The notes under the pieces are model-generated. The model was not told the DNA's origin. It saw only the letters and a program-made list of their open reading frames with translations, and made no database searches. Shown here one piece after another: positions 24,422-36,870 of a stretch of DNA of 43,285 bases. The position numbers were made by a program, and so were the translations under genes. Position 1 is the stretch's first letter. Each line of letters begins with the position of its first letter. The DNA is from Blastocystis sp. subtype 4. Taxonomy: Eukaryota. Location of the stretch: NCBI RefSeq assembly GCF_000743755.1, contig NW_014569377.1, positions 1-43,285 on the forward strand, written 5' to 3'.

Positions 24422-26211
24422 ATGGTAAAAGGATAGAATAGGATTGAATGATGGATAGGTCGTTTTACTTGCTGCTGTACTGACAAAACCAGGGAAAGGT
24501 ATAGAGAAGTGATGGATTTTTGATGAGTATAGTTTTAGTATCTAGACAATATGTGAACATGAATCGTATGCGTGTTGAAGTGCGTGAGTCGTGAGTTGGT
24601 TTTATCGGATAGGGAATTCTGGCTGTATTTCCCAAACTGTTAGGAGAGACGAATATGCANNNNNNNNNNNNNNNNNNNNNNNNNNNNNNNNNNNNNNNNN
24701 NTGGAAAATCTGATTGTTCTTGTGGTAACAACGAAAGCAAGTAATATAATTGAAGATTTGGAGACTTTACACTTGTTAGCGAAGAGTGTGGATTTAATGA
24801 TAGTATGATTTGTAGTTGTTCCTGAATATGCTGGATCAATAAAAGAAGAAGCTGTTGTAGATCATGCTTTTGAAATTGTGTTCGCTTTGGATGAATTGAT
24901 AACGTATGGTGGTATGAACGAACCAATTCCTCTACAACAAGTTCGTGTGAATCTGGTATCGATTGGAGAGTGAGTTGAGTGTAGGCTATGGAGAGTCACG
25001 AAGAGAAGCTATTGGCGATGGTTCAAGAGAGCAAGATGAATCAGGCTCGAGAGATTATGAAGCAGAAAGAACGGGAATTGAAGGCACAACAACCAGCCAG
25101 TTCTGGTTTATCATACTTTGCCTCATTCTTCACGTCTGCTGTGACGAATGTGGCATCAACAGTTCGTCAGATGGATTCATCAATGAGTGGAAGTGGGAAT
25201 GGAGCCAGTTACAGCAGTACGAGTCCTGTGGTCAACAATACCAGTACTGTGACACCAGTGGGTCCAAGTTCATCAGGACTGGGTCGAGGAATGAAGTTGG
25301 GAATGAGTAAGAAGGAGAGTCTGTCAGTAAGTGAGGTGGAGAGAGATGAGAGATAGAGTGTGATTGTAGAAGATAACTTGGCTGTACCATCTCGAGTAAC
25401 TGAGAGAAAGAAGGCTGAGGAACCCAATACGGATGTGACAGTGAACATTGAAGAAGAATTGAGAGTGAAACTATCACGAGATGGATTGATTGAGACTGTG
25501 GATGTGAAAGGCACCTTATCAGTACAAGTGAATCGGAGTGAGGCGAGTAAGGTGATGGTGTGTCTCAACGAATTCTCCAGTGATGGATTCCAACTCCAGA
25601 TTCATCCTACGATCAATCGTTCATTCCTTTCAGATCATGTGTTGACTTTGAAGCAGGCAGATCGAGGATTTCCTGTGGATTCAGCAGTTTCGGTATTACG
25701 TTGGCGTCAGCCTTCTGGTGGTGACAGTTTGTTACCAATGAATGTGACATGTTGGCCTGAAGTGAGTGAGGATGGATGTACAATAAATGCTGAATACACA
25801 CTGAATCCTGGTATCAAGCAGACCCTTCACAATGTACGGATTTGCATTCCTCTTCCTTCAGGTCTATCTCCAGAAGTGAGTGCAATCGATGGGAGTTATC
25901 ATTATGTGAGGATATGGAGAGAGGGTGATGAGTAGTATCCAAAGGAGAGTTTCTTAGAATGGGTGATAGGTGATGTGACAGAAGAGAGAGGAAATGGAAC
26001 ATTGGAATTCTCGGTGAATGGTGGTAGTGAAGATGATTTCTTCCCTGCTTCTGTGGAGTTCGAGTCACCAGAAACGTTCCTGAAGGCAAATGTAGGAGAA
26101 GGAAGAGAAAGTGAGATATAGGTTGTGGAGGTGAAACGAGTGGAAGATTCAAGTCCTGTGAGGTTCGTTCAGAACAAAGTGCTTCATGTATCCAACTATA
26201 CGATTGCCTAA
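24422..26211 (+). CDS. ARCN1: Coatomer subunit delta (delta-COP), spans an N gap
   Basis: ATG-only first exon then VVLLAAVLTKPGK..SRQYVNMNRMRVE, SNIIEDLETL, FEIVFALDEL, MESHEEKL, mu-homology domain with VLRWR and PMNVTCWP. Confidence 0.92.
24660..24701. other. Assembly gap (42 N)
   Basis: Run of N inside delta-COP. Confidence 0.99.
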
Positions 26212-26529
26212 TGTGTACTAACGAAGTGTGGTTGTTATAGAATATTGGATTGTTTGTTGGGTATTGAATTGTGTTGAAATGTGAGTTTGAAAAGGAAGTG
26301 AAAAAAGGGTTTGATTTGTGTCAAAGAGCCCCTTGATGAATGAAAAAGCGAGATTGAAGAGATGTTTGAAATTAGCCCCACCCCATTTGATTGCCTTTCT
26401 TTCTTGGTCTGTCTATCCAAATTATTGAGTGATTGGCAATTGAATTGAAGATTAATCGTAAGTGGAGTGTTGAATAGAAAAGAAGAGAAGCCTAGGGGAT
26501 TGTTGGTTATTGAAACTAACAGTGAGTAG

Positions 26530-27032
26530 ATGGTTTCTGATATTCGTGTTACCTATCGTCGCAGACACTCTTACAATACTGTTTCAAACAAGTACCATAT
26601 TGTGAAGACCCCTGGTAGTGTATTAGTGTTGTAGATAAGGAATAGGTGCTAGACTTGTTGTTCAGTACAACAAGAAGATTGTGAATCCCGTGAAGTGTGG
26701 TTGTTGCAAGAAACCTCTTGCTGGTGTAGGTTGTTGAGTTGTTTGTTGAGTTTGTAGATTCCTCGCATCTCTGGACGCAATATGAGAAGACTGTGTGTTC
26801 CTCAGCGTTCTGTGACTCGTGCTTATGGTGGTAATCTGTGTCATAAGTGCGTGCGTGATCGGTAATTGAAGAGGAGTGGATCTGATGAAATAGCATTCTC
26901 CGTGCTTTCCTGATTGAGGAGCAGAAGATTGTGAAGAAGGTTGCTTCTGTGAAGGCTATGCAGAAGAAGGAGGAGAAGAAGACCACTAAGAAGTCAACTA
27001 AGAAGAGTGGAAAGAAGAGCGGAAAGAAGTAA
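26530..27032 (+). CDS. RPL34: 60S ribosomal protein L34 (eL34), 3 introns
   Basis: [62 protein letters not shown]. Confidence 0.96.
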
Positions 27033-27129
27033 TCAACTTTGGTTTGATTATATCACTCAATACTTGTGTTGTTTGTTTGAAAGGAGAGAAGTTGAAAGTG
27101 GGTAGAAGAAAGACTCACTTTTTCTTTAG

Positions 27130-28123
27130 ATGAAACTCAATTCAAAGAGAATCCTTGCTGACCTGTTTGTTATGATCGCCACAGCACTTCTGACACCACT
27201 CTATGTGGTAGTGTATGTGCTTCGTGTCATCTTACGGGTTTTGGATAAGAGTAAGCCGATTAAATCCAAGCACGTTTTAGTTACTGGAGCCACATCTGGG
27301 TTAGGAAAAAGTCTGGCTGAGAAATATGCGAAGACGTGTGAGACGTTATTACTTCTGGGAAGAAATAAGGAAAAGTTGGAAAGGGTGAAGAAGGACTGTG
27401 AGAATATCAACGGTAATTGTGTTGTGAAGACGGTGATCGCTGATATGAACAAGCCCGAAGAGTATCGAAAGATACTGGAAGACTGTGCACAGAACGAATC
27501 TGTAGGAACTAAGGAAGTTATGTGATGATAGGTGGATTTAGTGATTTCCAATGCTGGGGTAATTGAATCAACTGCTACACATGGTAACAATTTCTTGGAT
27601 TACGCGAATGAAGCAGTGGATGTGAATATGAAGGGTGTTCTGAATACGATTCTTCCATTCATCCCTAAGATGAAGGTGATTACTAACAGTTAATATTAGG
27701 TATAGGAAGTTGGTTCTGGTCAAGTGTGTGTGATTGTGGGTGCTCTTGGGAATGGAACTTTTGGTCGTGATCCAATTTATGAAGGAACGAAGAATGGAAT
27801 TCGTGTGACACTTGAAGGACTGATGGCTCCTTTGAAGAGTGTTGGCATTCATTTGACGATTGTTTCTCCGGGTACAAGTGAGAGAAAGTACTGAGACTGT
27901 AGGCTTCATGAAGACGAAAATGACGGAAGGAAAGAAGACAATAATGGCCTTGGAACCTAGTTTTATGGCTGAACGAATCTATGAAGGAGTTTCGAGGATG
28001 GACCAGTTTATTTGTGACCCCTACCCAATCTATACGTTTACAGGCATGATGAAAGCACTCCCAGCAACTGTATTTGTAACTGTAAATGAATTGTTATTGA
28101 AGACGAAGGAAAAGAGAGATTAA
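27130..28123 (+). CDS. Membrane-anchored short-chain dehydrogenase/reductase
   Basis: N-terminal TM, VLVTGATSGLG, VISNAG, YEGTK catalytic YxxxK, VSPGFMKT. Confidence 0.88.
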
Positions 28124-28178
28124 TTTGTTTGTTGAGGATCATCCGAATTCTGGAGTCACTAGAAGTACATTCTATTCT

Positions 28179-28567
28179 ATGCAAAGGGTATCATTGGTAT
28201 CGCAGTACGCTCTGCGAACTGCTCCTATACTCAGAAGGTCATTTGCTTGGATGTAGGAAGTATTTCGATGGGAATTGAGATTGTAGTTCAGAACCCAGAT
28301 TTGATGATGATAATGGCTGGATGATCTCGATATCTTCCAAAAAAGCAATTAATGTTGCAGAAGTATGTTGCTTGAAATGGAAATGAATCATAGTTTCGAG
28401 GTTCTCCTTCGGTCAGTATCCGGGAGTACGCCAAGCTGGATGATGGAAAGGTGGTTCCAACAAAAAAGGGCATCTTCTTAACCGAAGAGAATTACAAAGC
28501 GATGATGGAATGTGAAGGAGTTGTAAAGCAATTGATTGAAAAAGTGAAGAAAGGAGAAACTGTTTGA
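28179..28567 (+). CDS. PC4/Sub1-family ssDNA-binding protein with presequence-like N-terminus (2 introns)
   Basis: Spliced ISSKKAINVAEFRGSPSVSIREYAKLDDGKVVPTKKGIFLTEENY matches the PC4 pattern F[KR]G..IREY..P.KKGI.L; absent from the ORF track. Confidence 0.85.
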
Positions 28568-28692
28568 ATATGGAGTTGCCTTTTGTTTCCTGTAGAACCG
28601 TAAAGATGTTGAAGATTTGAACTCATTCATTGTGTATGAGCGATAATTGATCATCAGTATTGTCTCTACCATTTTATCAGATTGATCGAAGA

Positions 28693-30320
28693 ATGTCTCA
28701 GGAATCAATTCTCTCCACAGTTGATACATTGTTGGGTGAATTAGAGGAGCTGAAGCGAAAGTTGGCTGCAAAAGAGACACAGAAGATTATGGATGTCCAA
28801 TCGAATAATCAAGTAGCTGAATTGGAAAAGGAGGTTATGGATCTGAGAATGGAGAATGGTCGTCTGTCTTCTATCATTACGTCGTTAAAGGAACAGCTGA
28901 AAGGAGAAAAAGAAGAGAGTTCGGATGAGTCCTATTTCCCATGTGTTTCTGTAATCATGTTTAAGAATAGTAACTAATAGAATGATATTCTTGATGGAAT
29001 CGTTTATGTATCAAACAATGATACGGATCGTTGCTTTATTTCCAATCCAACTACTCCTTCGAATAATACCTTTGAGAAAGCTCCATTTATTCTTAAGACG
29101 TTTTGTTTCTATCTAGATATGACTCCTAGATGTTCTATGAACTCATGTTCCCTTTCTGCTGTTGGTAGATATATCATGAGCACTCCTTCTGTAGTTTTGA
29201 TGATTCTTTTGATATCTAGACGTTGAATGTTGTTCGTTTATGTTGGGATCGAGGTGCACGACCTCATCGAGTATTGGTTCTCAAGAAGAAAGGCAATCCC
29301 ATGGCTACTGAAGTGTTGTTGAAGATCGTATCATGGTTACGAGATCGTGACATTTCTGTAATGGTGGAACCGACTGTATATAAGGAACTACAAGTAGATA
29401 CAGTTACAACCTGGGATGAAAGTGTATCAGTTAAAGAAGACTCTGATGGGTGTAGGAACGATATGAAATTAATAGTATGGTTGACTTTGTGATTACATTA
29501 GGAGGAGATGGTACTTTATTGTTTGCCTCTTCTCTCTTTCCCAAGACGATGCCTCCTGTATTGAGTTTCCACATGGGTACCCTTGGTTTTTTGACTCCAT
29601 TCTGTGCTAATCAGTTCGAAGAACCGTTGAGTCGAGTAAGCGAGTGATATAGTTTTGAGAATAGATCATTGCTGGAGATGTGCCGTTGACATTACGCAAT
29701 CGATTGGAATACCGGATCATTCGCAGAGACACCCCTGAGAAGTCCAAACGAGGTTTATCAATTGATTACTTCTCGGATATGGCTGTTCGTGCAGAACCCA
29801 AATTAAAGATCCTGAATGATATTGTGATTGATCGAGGAACCTCATCATCAATGGTGGAGTTGAACTGTTATGTTGACACGTCACTCATTACCACTGTTCA
29901 TGCTGATGGGTTGATTATTGCAACACCTACTGGTTCAACTGCATATTCCATGTCCGCTGGAGGGTCGATGGTCCATCCACTGACACCTGGAATGTTAATG
30001 ACTCCTATTTGTCCTCATACCCTTTCTTTCCGACAGATGCTGTTTCCCGATAGTACTGTATTGCGCATTGAGGTGGCAATGGATAGTCGTTGTCCTGCAT
30101 CGGTTTCATTTGATGGACAGTTCAAAGAAGTGTTGAATCATGGTGATATGCTGATTGTAAGTGTGGAGGATAAAGTGAAGTGTAGATTCGTACCTCCAAG
30201 TATCCCGTGCCTTCGGTGTCTCCAGATGAAAGTAACAATGATTGGTTCCGCTCGGTGCGAGACGGACTTCATTGGAACAAAGCAACTTCGTCGATTGTAG
30301 CTACTGTGAAGACTTCATGA
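28693..30320 (+). CDS. NADK: ATP-NAD kinase with N-terminal coiled coil
   Basis: ITLGGDGTLL, FHMGTLGFL, LNDIVIDRG, ADGLIIATPTGSTAYSMSAGG, TPICPHTLSFR. Confidence 0.93.
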
Positions 30321-30412
30321 TTGATTTTAGTGTACCTGTTTGTTGACCTAATTGTATCCCTCAATTATATCCCAGAGGATCAACTTAGAACTTGATCATT
30401 TCTTTATTTCCA

Positions 30413-30663
30413 ATGGGTTTTCTTACTGTTCCTAAAGTCAATCACTGCACTGGACTTGTTCTTCTAATCATCAACTGTATTCTGCCAGGTATGTGAAGAT
30501 TGTGTGATTCATCGTAGGCATTGGCACAATGATTGGAGGTCTGATCAATGCAGGAGGATGTGATATTTGCATTTTCTTATGTGGGTGGGTGCAACTGCTG
30601 ACTGCCCCTTTCATTATTGGCTGGGTCTGGTCAATCATTTGGGGTTGCAGGATGTGGGTATAG
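30413..30663 (+). CDS. Small membrane protein of the Stum/SPEC3 family (73 aa; intron 30489-30517)
   Basis: MGFLTVPKVNHCTGLVLLIINCILPGIGTMIGG...GWVQLLTAPFIIGWVWSIIWGCRMWV; the N..LPG.GT and Q.LT....GW.WS..WG motifs are typical of the family. Confidence 0.8.
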
Positions 30664-30683
30664 CATTGTTTTCTTTTCAAACA

Positions 30684-31344
30684 TCAATATTCCAGAAGAC
30701 TGAAAGCACAGAGAAGATCACGTCCACTAAAGCGAATCTCCACATCTGGGAAAAAGAAATGACTAATTATCATTCCTATGCCTTCTAAAAGAAGTGAAAC
30801 GAGTCCAACGAAGACCTGAGTCCCAATACTCTTCAGTAACTCAACTGAAGTACGATTGAACACCTTTATCCAGTTTTCAGCATAAAATTCATATTCTTTT
30901 GGATTGCTAGTTTGATACATGTAATAACGATACTTCACCAGTGTTGATGTCCACTTCCACACACTCTTCATCCCCTTGTAAGTTAGAAGGGCAACTTGGA
31001 GTGGGAGACCATGGAGAATACCAACACAAAAGGATGGCTTCATAGAGATCTTGTTTGGATCCTCTCCAAGAACCTGGTGAATAGAATGATCCACCACCTT
31101 CTCGATTGCCAATACAGTTGCATTTGCTGCCAGGGCTTTTCCGCAATTGATCACAGTATCACGTCTAACCTGCCTAAGTGTGAATAGAAGATCATTTCTT
31201 TGACGGTATCAAAAGATTAAAAACTCCATTGTGTTGCATGACTGTTTTAGCGATTCCCAGAGGAACGGATAACAGGACAAGATTCACTGCTTCAACCGAT
31301 GTGAACGATCGGAAGAAGAAAGTCTTAACAGTATCGTCATTCAT
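30684..31344 (-). CDS. Hypothetical membrane protein
   Basis: 156-codon ORF with hydrophobic stretches plus an upstream exon from ATG 31344. Confidence 0.5.
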
Positions 31345-31399
31345 TTTGTGACATCATTCTTTTTCTCTCTCTCGTTGTTCTTTCCTTTTTGTCTCGAGA

Positions 31400-32566
31400 A
31401 TGAGTTATGAGTATAAGAAGATCCAACGAGGTATCTTCGGGTCAACAGACTTTGAGAGTTTTCAGAAGTGTCCTGTAGACATTGTGTATTCCGATATTAT
31501 GGAGTAGTCATTACAAGAACTGAAGGATTTCGTTCGAAAATGCGGTGATTCTGTAATCAACACTAAGCGCTCCGAAGTCAGTGAAATGTCGCCTGTATTT
31601 ATACATCTAATAGGTGATTTTTGTAGTTTGTATCGCGGTTGTTGGATATGCTTCGAGTCTTAAATAAGTGGATTGATGAGATCCCTCCACTAAAGCAGCC
31701 GTCACGATTTGGTAATAAAGCCTATCGAATCTGGAATAACCGACTATGTCAAGTAGTGGAATTGAGAGTAATTCCTGTTAGGAAGGACCTGCCCTCCTGG
31801 AACAAGTGATTCAGAAGAAGAATGAAATGATGTGTATTGAGCTCTCAGGATACTTGGAAGAGTCCTTTGGTAATCCAACTCGTATTGACTATGGAACAGG
31901 TCACGAAACTACATTCATGGTATTACTATGTAAAAAGCCATTGGTTGTATTGAGTTCATAGTTTGTATGTATAAGATTGGTTTAATCACTGATGCTGATT
32001 TGAAAGCAGTCATCCTTAAGGTATTCACTGGATATCTTGCTGTATGTCGCCATCTTCAGCGTGTGTACTGGCTAGAACCAGCAGGTTCTCATGGTGTGTG
32101 GTCGTTAGATGACTATCAGATGTTGGTATTCTACTTTGGAGCAGCACAGTTACATGGGAATGAGTTGTATTCACCAAGTTGTATCAATGATAAGAGGTTG
32201 ATGGAGGAGAAGGCAGGGGAGTATATGTACTTTGAGGCTATTCATTTTATCAATACAGTAGATGAAGGAAAAGATGATGATCAGTAGACGAAATCAGGAT
32301 ATTTCTACGAGACAAGTCCCATGTTATATGATATTAGTGGAGCTGCTTCATGGAGCAAGATTTGTGGAGGAATGTATAAGATGTGGTGTAATGAAGTGCT
32401 TGGTAAGTTCCCTGTGGTTCAGCATCTCCGATTTGGATCGATTTTCCAGATGAATTGGACTCCCTCGGAGAATGCTGCTGAACGAGAGTATGCTCGTATA
32501 ACTCCTCCTTCTCTGGATGCAGAGTCTATGCCAAGTGTTTTTACGAAAGCTCCATGGGCTCAATAA
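31400..32566 (+). CDS. PTPA: PP2A activator PTPA (Rrd1/2)
   Basis: [53 protein letters not shown], terminal TKAPWA. Confidence 0.95.
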
Positions 32567-32569
32567 ATC

Positions 32570-32584
32570 TGTTTGTAACAAACA
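32570..32584. terminator. Palindromic double GU element serving two convergent genes
   Basis: TGTTTGT-A-ACAAACA between PTPA TAA (32564-32566) and the opposite gene's TAG (32589-32587). Confidence 0.75.
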
Positions 32585-32586
32585 TA

Positions 32587-33909
32587 CTACCACCACTGAT
32601 GCTTATCCAGTTCTTCTGTAACGGTTCGATACAGTCTACAGATAATCGACTCCTTTATCAGCAACATCTTCGTTAGATCACTATTGAACTCAATCGCTAA
32701 TTGTTCTTTAATTCGATGCCATAAAAGACTCTTTCGTTCACCCTACCGTTGATTCTACCAACTGCACTTACCAATAGAAAGTCAATCACTTCATTCTCAC
32801 TCAACCCTTCACAATGTTCTCGAATGATATCCTGAGCAAGCTGATGATTCGCTATATTGTCCTTCTGACGCTGCTCTTCCCGTTCCACCTCCAACTGGCG
32901 CTTTCCATCCGTTGTTTGCATTTCAATAACATGTCTGTGAATAACAAGCAACAGCTGGTTGTCCTGATGAAGCTGACTAGCTACTGCTGCAATCACATCC
33001 ACAAAATCAAAGACATCAATGCATTCTGATTTTAATTCCTTCCGCTCTCGAATGCCTGCATTTGTATTATTCCCTATCATCAATCCATTTATCAACTCCC
33101 ACACTTCCAACTGATAAGGTGATCCTCAAAGGAGGGTTTGAATGGATCGGCAGTTAATACAATATCAAATTGCTGCTCGATTTCATCTAAAAGACCTAAA
33201 ACACGTTTCTTCGTCAGATCCAATTGGACATCTTCATGACAGTCAATCAACAATGATACCCTTCACATGGGTCCTCACTTGCATTGCTTCCTTGAAATAT
33301 TCCATACACTCTGATAGAAGAGCAGAACTAATGGGACTGACTTGGAACAATCGTTCCCCGATAACAAAAAGACGATTGTCAGGAGACTGGTGGAAGAGCC
33401 AAATCAAAAAGGAATTCACACGGTCTTCTGATATAGGGACCTATAGTTGTTACAACACAACGTATCTACCTGAAGCAATGCGGGATACTGGTCAAGGGTT
33501 GCAAACCACTATATCTAAGGGAGTAAATAAAGAACTACTTGTTGGAAATATGAGTAAACATCATTCATTGTTTCCCAATGGAATGGGTTATAGGTAACTA
33601 TACTGCGTGCAAAACGTTCACAGTATAAATCTACGCTATAGGTTGTATACTAGAATCGATTCAAAACAGGGATTGTACAGAGTCGGGCAAAACGGAAGGA
33701 AATAAATGAATAGATTTCATGACTCGGGAAACAATGGATGGTTGAAATACTCGATTGAGATAACCCAAACCATCGTGAATATAATGCTTTCGATATGCAT
33801 AACAGAAATAACCCAAGCCTAAAAGACTAGATACCACTAAAACATGGTGTGAAAGACGCTTCCATTTCCACTTTTCTTTCTTTGCCATACCATCTACTCT
33901 AACTGTCAT
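32587..33909 (-). CDS. Hypothetical protein with basic N-terminus and single N-terminal TM anchor (start 33909 or 33888)
   Basis: KKEKWKWKRLSHH-VLVVSSLLGLGYFCYAY; spliced frame ending ...ELDKHQWW-TAG followed by TGTTTGTT. Confidence 0.55.
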
Positions 33910-34170
33910 CCTATGAACATGTTACCTACACTTCGACAGCTTGTTTTGTATGAGTTGTATGATTCCCAAGGATCCCCTTTTTACTTTCTCTCTCTGCAAT
34001 ATAATGAACTTGATTTACAGAAAATCTCCGTATTAGTCGGATACTCCTTTCACTCTGGCAAAGTGCCCAAGTTGGTACTAAGCAACGTGGTTTTCCCGAG
34101 AATATCCTCTACAACACACGAAAAAGAAGAGACAGTACAATCATCTTGCATGAATAACAAACAATGCAAC

Positions 34171-34881
34171 TTAGTCCATTCGAGTTTTCAGTTTACGTAC
34201 AGTAATAGTCTCTGGAGTAACAATATACACTTCTCCACCCCAACCACTGTAGGCATCACGATCCACTGAAGAAAGAAGACACTGTGAGATCACTTCAAAG
34301 AGTTCATCTGGTTCCATATCATCCTTATAACTAAATATAAACAACTCTGTTTCGTTCCTACAATGCTTCACAAGTACCCAACAGACTCTCAGCGCAGGTG
34401 GCCGATACAGCGAACTTTGGTTTGTACAGCCCTGCTCCAATTGTATCCATTGCATCCACAAAGGGCTCTCCTTTCTACATCTAACTTCTTCACAAAGAAA
34501 CTACCTTATTCAGTCCAGCAATAACGGGTTCCACAAAATAGGGACCAAATCGGTGCTTATACTGTAATGTACGAACCAAAGAAGCAAAAGCCTCAGGACT
34601 GATCTCGCGGTTTTCACGAAGTTTATATGAGTTCACTTCATAGATGATCAACTGAGCAAACGTTTGGGCATCACTCTGAAGACCATTGAAACCAATGAAG
34701 ATTTGGTCCGTAATCTTATATATCTTTTTGAAATTACAATCCACAGTCTGGAATTGAGCTCCTAGACGCAAATCACTAGAACTTCTAAAACGAAGTGAAA
34801 ATCGTACCTTGCAATAGCTACACAGTTCTTTCCCTTCATTGCAATGACTGCAGCTCCATTATATGACATAATATCGGACAT
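34171..34881 (-). CDS. PSMB3: 20S proteasome subunit beta-3 (Pup3)
   Basis: IMSYNGAAVIAMKGKNCVAIA, RFGPYFVEPVIAGL, MEPDELFEVISQCLL, DRDAYSGWG, LKTRMD. Confidence 0.96.
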
Positions 34882-35194
34882 CTTGAAGAATTGTCAAACT
34901 ACAAGTAGGTGAGAGAAATGACTCAATGGAAAGACAAACGGGCACTTTATCAACTATATGAACTAGAACATACATTTGTACTATTCTACAATTGAGAATT
35001 AGGGAGAAAAGGAACGATGTTAGATATTTGTAAAGGGAAGAATCGGTATGATTTATGGTATTGGAGGAATTGGAAGATTCTGTGCAATTGAAGAATAGAA
35101 GACTATTCTGGGATATACAGAATAGATAGTATTTATACTCCCGAATCGGTTCTATTTCTGTCATCAATTCAAAACAACTCATTATTCGCTTTCT

Positions 35195-36744
35195 ATGTCT
35201 TCAAAGGAGCGAATCGCCTATTACTACCATGGTACTGCTTAACGAATATGAAATGGTAATAATGTAGGTGACATTGGGAACTATTACTATGGGCCGGGTC
35301 ATCCTATGAAACCACAGCGCTTAAGACTTACCCATAATCTTCTTCTGACATATAAACTTTATCGATTTCTTGAGGTTTACGTAGGTTGCTAACAAATTGC
35401 ACGATTATCAGAAACCTCACAGAGCATCAGCTGAAGAACTCATGGAGTTTCATAGTGAAGATTACATTCGGTTCCTTAGTCATATCAACCCCGGTATAGC
35501 AGATGATTACAAAGATCAAATGGCGAAATGTTTGAATTGTGGATTTCCTTAACGATAGTTGCCATCTCCAATGACTCAGATAATCCCATCTTTGACGGTA
35601 TCTATGACTTCTGCCAAATGTACTGTGGCGCTTCCATTGGTTTACGGTTGTGGTTGGACATAACTTGAAGATGCTGCTTCGCGACTGAACCAAGGTCTGA
35701 ATCAGATTTGTGTGAATTGGTCTGGAGGTCTTCATCATGCCAAGAAGGCTGAAGCATCCGGATTCTGCTATGTAAACGATATTGTCCTAGGTATTTTGGA
35801 ATTGCTCAAGCAGGTGTTGGTAGTATTGTATGATGGCTAGAGTATATCCTCGTGTCATGTACATTGATATCGATATCCATCATGGTGATGGTGTAGAAGA
35901 GGCTTTCTACCTCACAGACCGAGTAATGACAGTTTCATTCCACAAATATGGGAATTATTTCCCAGGAACAGGGAGTGTGACAGATGTTGGTTTGGGTATA
36001 GGAAAGAACTATGCTGTGAATATTCCGTTGAAAGACGGAATGGACGATGATTCCTATAAGTACATCTTCGAGCCTGTTCGTATCGAAGGATGGATTAATG
36101 TGTAGGTGATCAAGAAGTGTGTTGAAACATTTCAGCCTTCAGCAATTGTACTTCAATGTGGTGCTGATTCAGTGACAGGAGATCGCCTAGGTTGTTTTAA
36201 TCTGTCACTTCGAGGACATGCTAGTTGTGTTGATTTTGTCCGGAATTTGCATATTCCTCTTCTTGTTCTCGGTGGAGGCGGTTATACGATAAAAAATGTG
36301 AGTCGGACGTGGTCATATGAAACCTCAGTTCTACTCCATAAGGAAGTAGACAATAATATCCCATACAATAACTTCATTGAATGGTATGCTCCAACATATC
36401 AACTCCATCTGACTCCATCCAATATGGAAAATAAAAACAGCCGAGAATATCTTGATAATTTGATGTGATTGTTGGAAGGAGGAATGAGAGGTAGACAAGA
36501 TATCACTGAACATCTGAGGTGTATTGAAGGAGCTCCTTCTGTAGCAATTCAACGTGTACCAGATGTATGGAATAAGGAACGGAGAGAGGAGGAAGAGGAT
36601 ATGGAGAAGAGAGAAGATGGTAGGAGTATTGGAAGAGGTGAATGGTAGTGAATGGGATTGATGAGCATGTGAGAGCAGATGGCGAATTCTATGATGATCC
36701 TAAGGATATTGATCATGATGATGGTGTAAAGAAGGAAGATGCTT
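35195..36744 (+). CDS. Class I histone deacetylase (Rpd3/HDAC1-3 type); stop probably created by polyadenylation at 36744
   Basis: [58 protein letters not shown]; acidic tail [10 protein letters not shown]. Confidence 0.95.
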
Positions 36745-36870
36745 GCCTTGTTTCTTACAAATCCTATCCCCTAAGTTCATGCAGATTCCCGCGACTATCG
36801 ACTCGATGATTCTAGAATGATCTCATCGAATACCCATAGTATTTTTAACTAGACGTATTGTGATTTCAAT

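Noticed and set aside
30678..30690. Possible poly(A)-made stops at the degenerate motif TGTTTGAA (here and at 21140-21152)
   Set aside because: The register fits, but the motif has two mismatches and a genomic TGA lies within 1-3 codons, so this cannot be distinguished without 3' reads
32587..33909. Possible PEX3 (basic patch plus N-terminal TM)
   Set aside because: No further PEX3-like motifs recognised; left as hypothetical
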